Part shown: one piece after another, positions 61,901 through 64,000 of the stretch | Layout: each line of letters opens with the position of its first letter | Position numbering within the stretch: the stretch's first letter is position 1 | Assembly: GCA_010405405.1 (NCBI GenBank) | Contig: MU004240.1 | Span: 1,560,814 to 1,624,813, forward strand | From: Microthyrium microscopicum | Lineage: Eukaryota | DNA length: 64,000 bases | Direction of reading: 5' to 3' | The notes under the pieces: model-generated | The model's database searches: none | Told to the model about the DNA's origin: nothing | The model's input: only the letters and a program-made list of their open reading frames with translations | Position numbers and translations under genes: made by a program

Positions 61901-64000
61901 AAGCTTACTCTACCTTATTAAATAGTAGCTTTTAATAGTTACTACGTTAACTAGTTAAAAATTATAAGTCTATCTATTTATAGACTATATAGGCTTATAC
62001 TTATATCCTTTCTTAAATATTAATTATTCTCTTATAGCCTAATTTAAGATATAGTATATTATAACTATTATCTTTAGTAGCTTTAAAATAACTACTATCT
62101 AGTAAACTTTATCTTTCTTTATTAGAATCTTAAGTAGTACTACTTTTAGTATAGCTTCTAAATAAGTTAAGATATAATATATAATAAGATCTATTATCTA
62201 GATATACTTTAATAATTTAGTAAAGAAATCTCTTTAAGTATATAGCATATAGTAAAGCTTCTTTTACTACGTACTAATTATTAGCGTACTACTAATAAAG
62301 CTTAAGCTTACCTTAATCTAGGTAGAGATCTAGGCTATAACTATATCTTTAAGTATACTTAATATTAAGTAACGAGAATCCTTAAGTTAGTAGTTAATAA
62401 GAAATTCTAGTACTACTTATTTATATGCCTTATTATATATATATACTAATACTAGACTAGTAGAGAGAATTAGTTTTACTTTATTAACTCTTAATAAAGG
62501 TTTATAAGATAGGTAAAGCTCCTTATACTAATAGCGCTTTTTTAATAGATTAAGCTACTTCTCTTTCTCTTAATATAAGATCTCTTTTAAAGTTATAGTT
62601 TTATCTTTTACTACTATATTAATAAATCTAGACTTTTCTCTACTAATTACTTTATTAAGGTAATATTTCTATATTCCTTATAGCATATTACTAAAATATA
62701 GAGGTTTTAGCTATTTAGTTTATTATTTTAATCCTATTCTTATTATATTCCTAGCTATAAGGTTTACTACTATATCTACTAGTAGCGCCTTTACCCTTTA
62801 TAATTTAGTTATATTAACTATTAATTAATATTTATTTAGTAAAGGTTTTATTAAAAGTTTATTAAGTAATTAGTATAGTAAGATCTACTTTATTATAGTA
62901 AGATCTTAAGAATTTATTCTCTCTAGTACGTAAGTTAATCTATAAATAAAAGAAGCTTCTTCTTAGCTAAGCTTTCCTTCTCCTTAAGAGTAAGTCCTAT
63001 TTAGTATAAAGTTAATTACGTATAAATCTTCTAAGTCTTAGGCAAAGTCTATTTCTAAAGCTACGTTTAAACTAATAAGCGTAGTTAAACTCTTAATTTC
63101 TTTCTTATAGTCCTTTCTTCCTTTAAGTATTTTATTAAAGTCTATAATAATAGCATAGGTTAATATAAGTAATAAGTTCTTACGTCCTAGAGCTAATTTA
63201 TTTTAATACTATTAGGAAATATATAAATTAAATAAGTTTAAATATATAAGAATAGCCTTCTAGGATTTATTCCCTTTTAATACTACTTAAGTTAATCTTT
63301 ATACTAGTATTATTCTATCTTTAAAGTTAATATCTAGTCTAAATTTAAAACTTACCTACTTTCTAAAATCCTATAAAAAATCTTATAAGATCTAAGTTAT
63401 TATTAAAGAAATAAGTATAGTCTAGCTTTCTAAATTAATATTCCCTTCTCTACCTAAGTTACGTTATAATAATAAGTTTTAAAGAGCCTTAATTATTAAA
63501 GATCTCAAAATCTTTATTCTTCCTTAATACTTTAAATAATATATACTTACTACCTATATATAGTCTTATACTAATTTTTTAAGTTCTTTAAAGAGAAACT
63601 ATCCTTTCTCTTATAAGTTCTTTAAGCTAAACTATATAGTTTAAGTAGCCTTAAGCATAAGATATTTTGTATTAAGGTTATTAATTAACCCTAACATTAT
63701 TAGTATAGTAGTATCTATTAGATCTTACTAATCTAATAAGCTTAAATTATTTCTACGATCTATAATAGAAATATTACTTTTATAGTTTTATAATATTTTT
63801 AATTACTCTACTAAATCTATAATAGAATTAAGCAAAGAAGCTTAAGTAATTAAATCCTTTTACTAAGTAGATTTTTCCTTAGCTTCTAAAAATAATACGT
63901 TTAAACTAATAGTAATAAAGAATTACTTATTTTATATATTTAACTCTTCTTCTACTAAAGAAAAGATTAGAATTTATAACTAATCTCCTATCCCTTTTTT
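58920..64000 (-). mobile_element. Ty3/Gypsy LTR retrotransposon, RIP-inactivated pol (RT-RNaseH-integrase); 5' part not resolved, probably extends beyond the window
   Basis: Back-translated motifs in Gypsy order. RT: FKxDxANGYW...KTAF (~61870-61790), RMGQGL, catalytic F[M/V]DDD (61627-61613). RNaseH: TDAS (~61130), NYxTxEREALA (~60990-60955), YTDH. Integrase: GNRYI...DYATRF (~60100), SDNG (~59955), YHPxSxGxxE (~59860), GDLVL...PRWVGPY (~59450-59370). LTR limits not resolved. Confidence 0.9.

Larger units (their letters stand above)
53845..64000. repeat. RIP-degraded AT-rich repeat block (continues past the window end)
   Basis: Abrupt switch to DNA nearly devoid of CpA/TpG and saturated with TpA. 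The ORF track lists nothing in any frame after 53706. Confidence 0.97.

Overview
Eukaryotic, intron-rich DNA from a filamentous ascomycete (Pezizomycotina). The evidence is short GT-AG introns with CTRAC/CTAAT branch sites, fungal gene families and repeat-induced point mutation (RIP). Positions 1 to ~53.8 kb are gene-dense with about 24 protein-coding genes: YAK1 5' end, a C2H2 zinc-finger protein, MCP1, a tubulin-tyrosine-ligase-family protein, a 3-repeat Myb factor, RNH202, MCM10, a Rum1/Sic1-like CDK inhibitor, a SnoaL-like protein, DUO1, a four-gene enzyme block (DUF1446/AtuA, SDR, cyclase-family hydrolase, cytochrome P450), CDC73, MED17, PIS1, an Hsp70-like protein, a PTH11-like membrane protein, MTFP1, YKT6 and several hypotheticals. 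From ~53.85 kb to the end the DNA is a very AT-rich RIP-degraded block. Manual back-translation recovers a minus-strand Ty3/Gypsy pol (RT-RNaseH-integrase-GPY/F) and, downstream on the same strand, what appear to be one or two extra RIP-destroyed genes of unknown family. Most interesting: the Rum1/Sic1-like gene in an MCB-box-rich cell-cycle neighbourhood, the backbone-less four-enzyme cluster, a frame-essential 5-nt micro-exon, a GC-AG intron, and the unexplained RIPed genes beside the Gypsy pol. All family calls come from motif recognition by eye; no database search was run.
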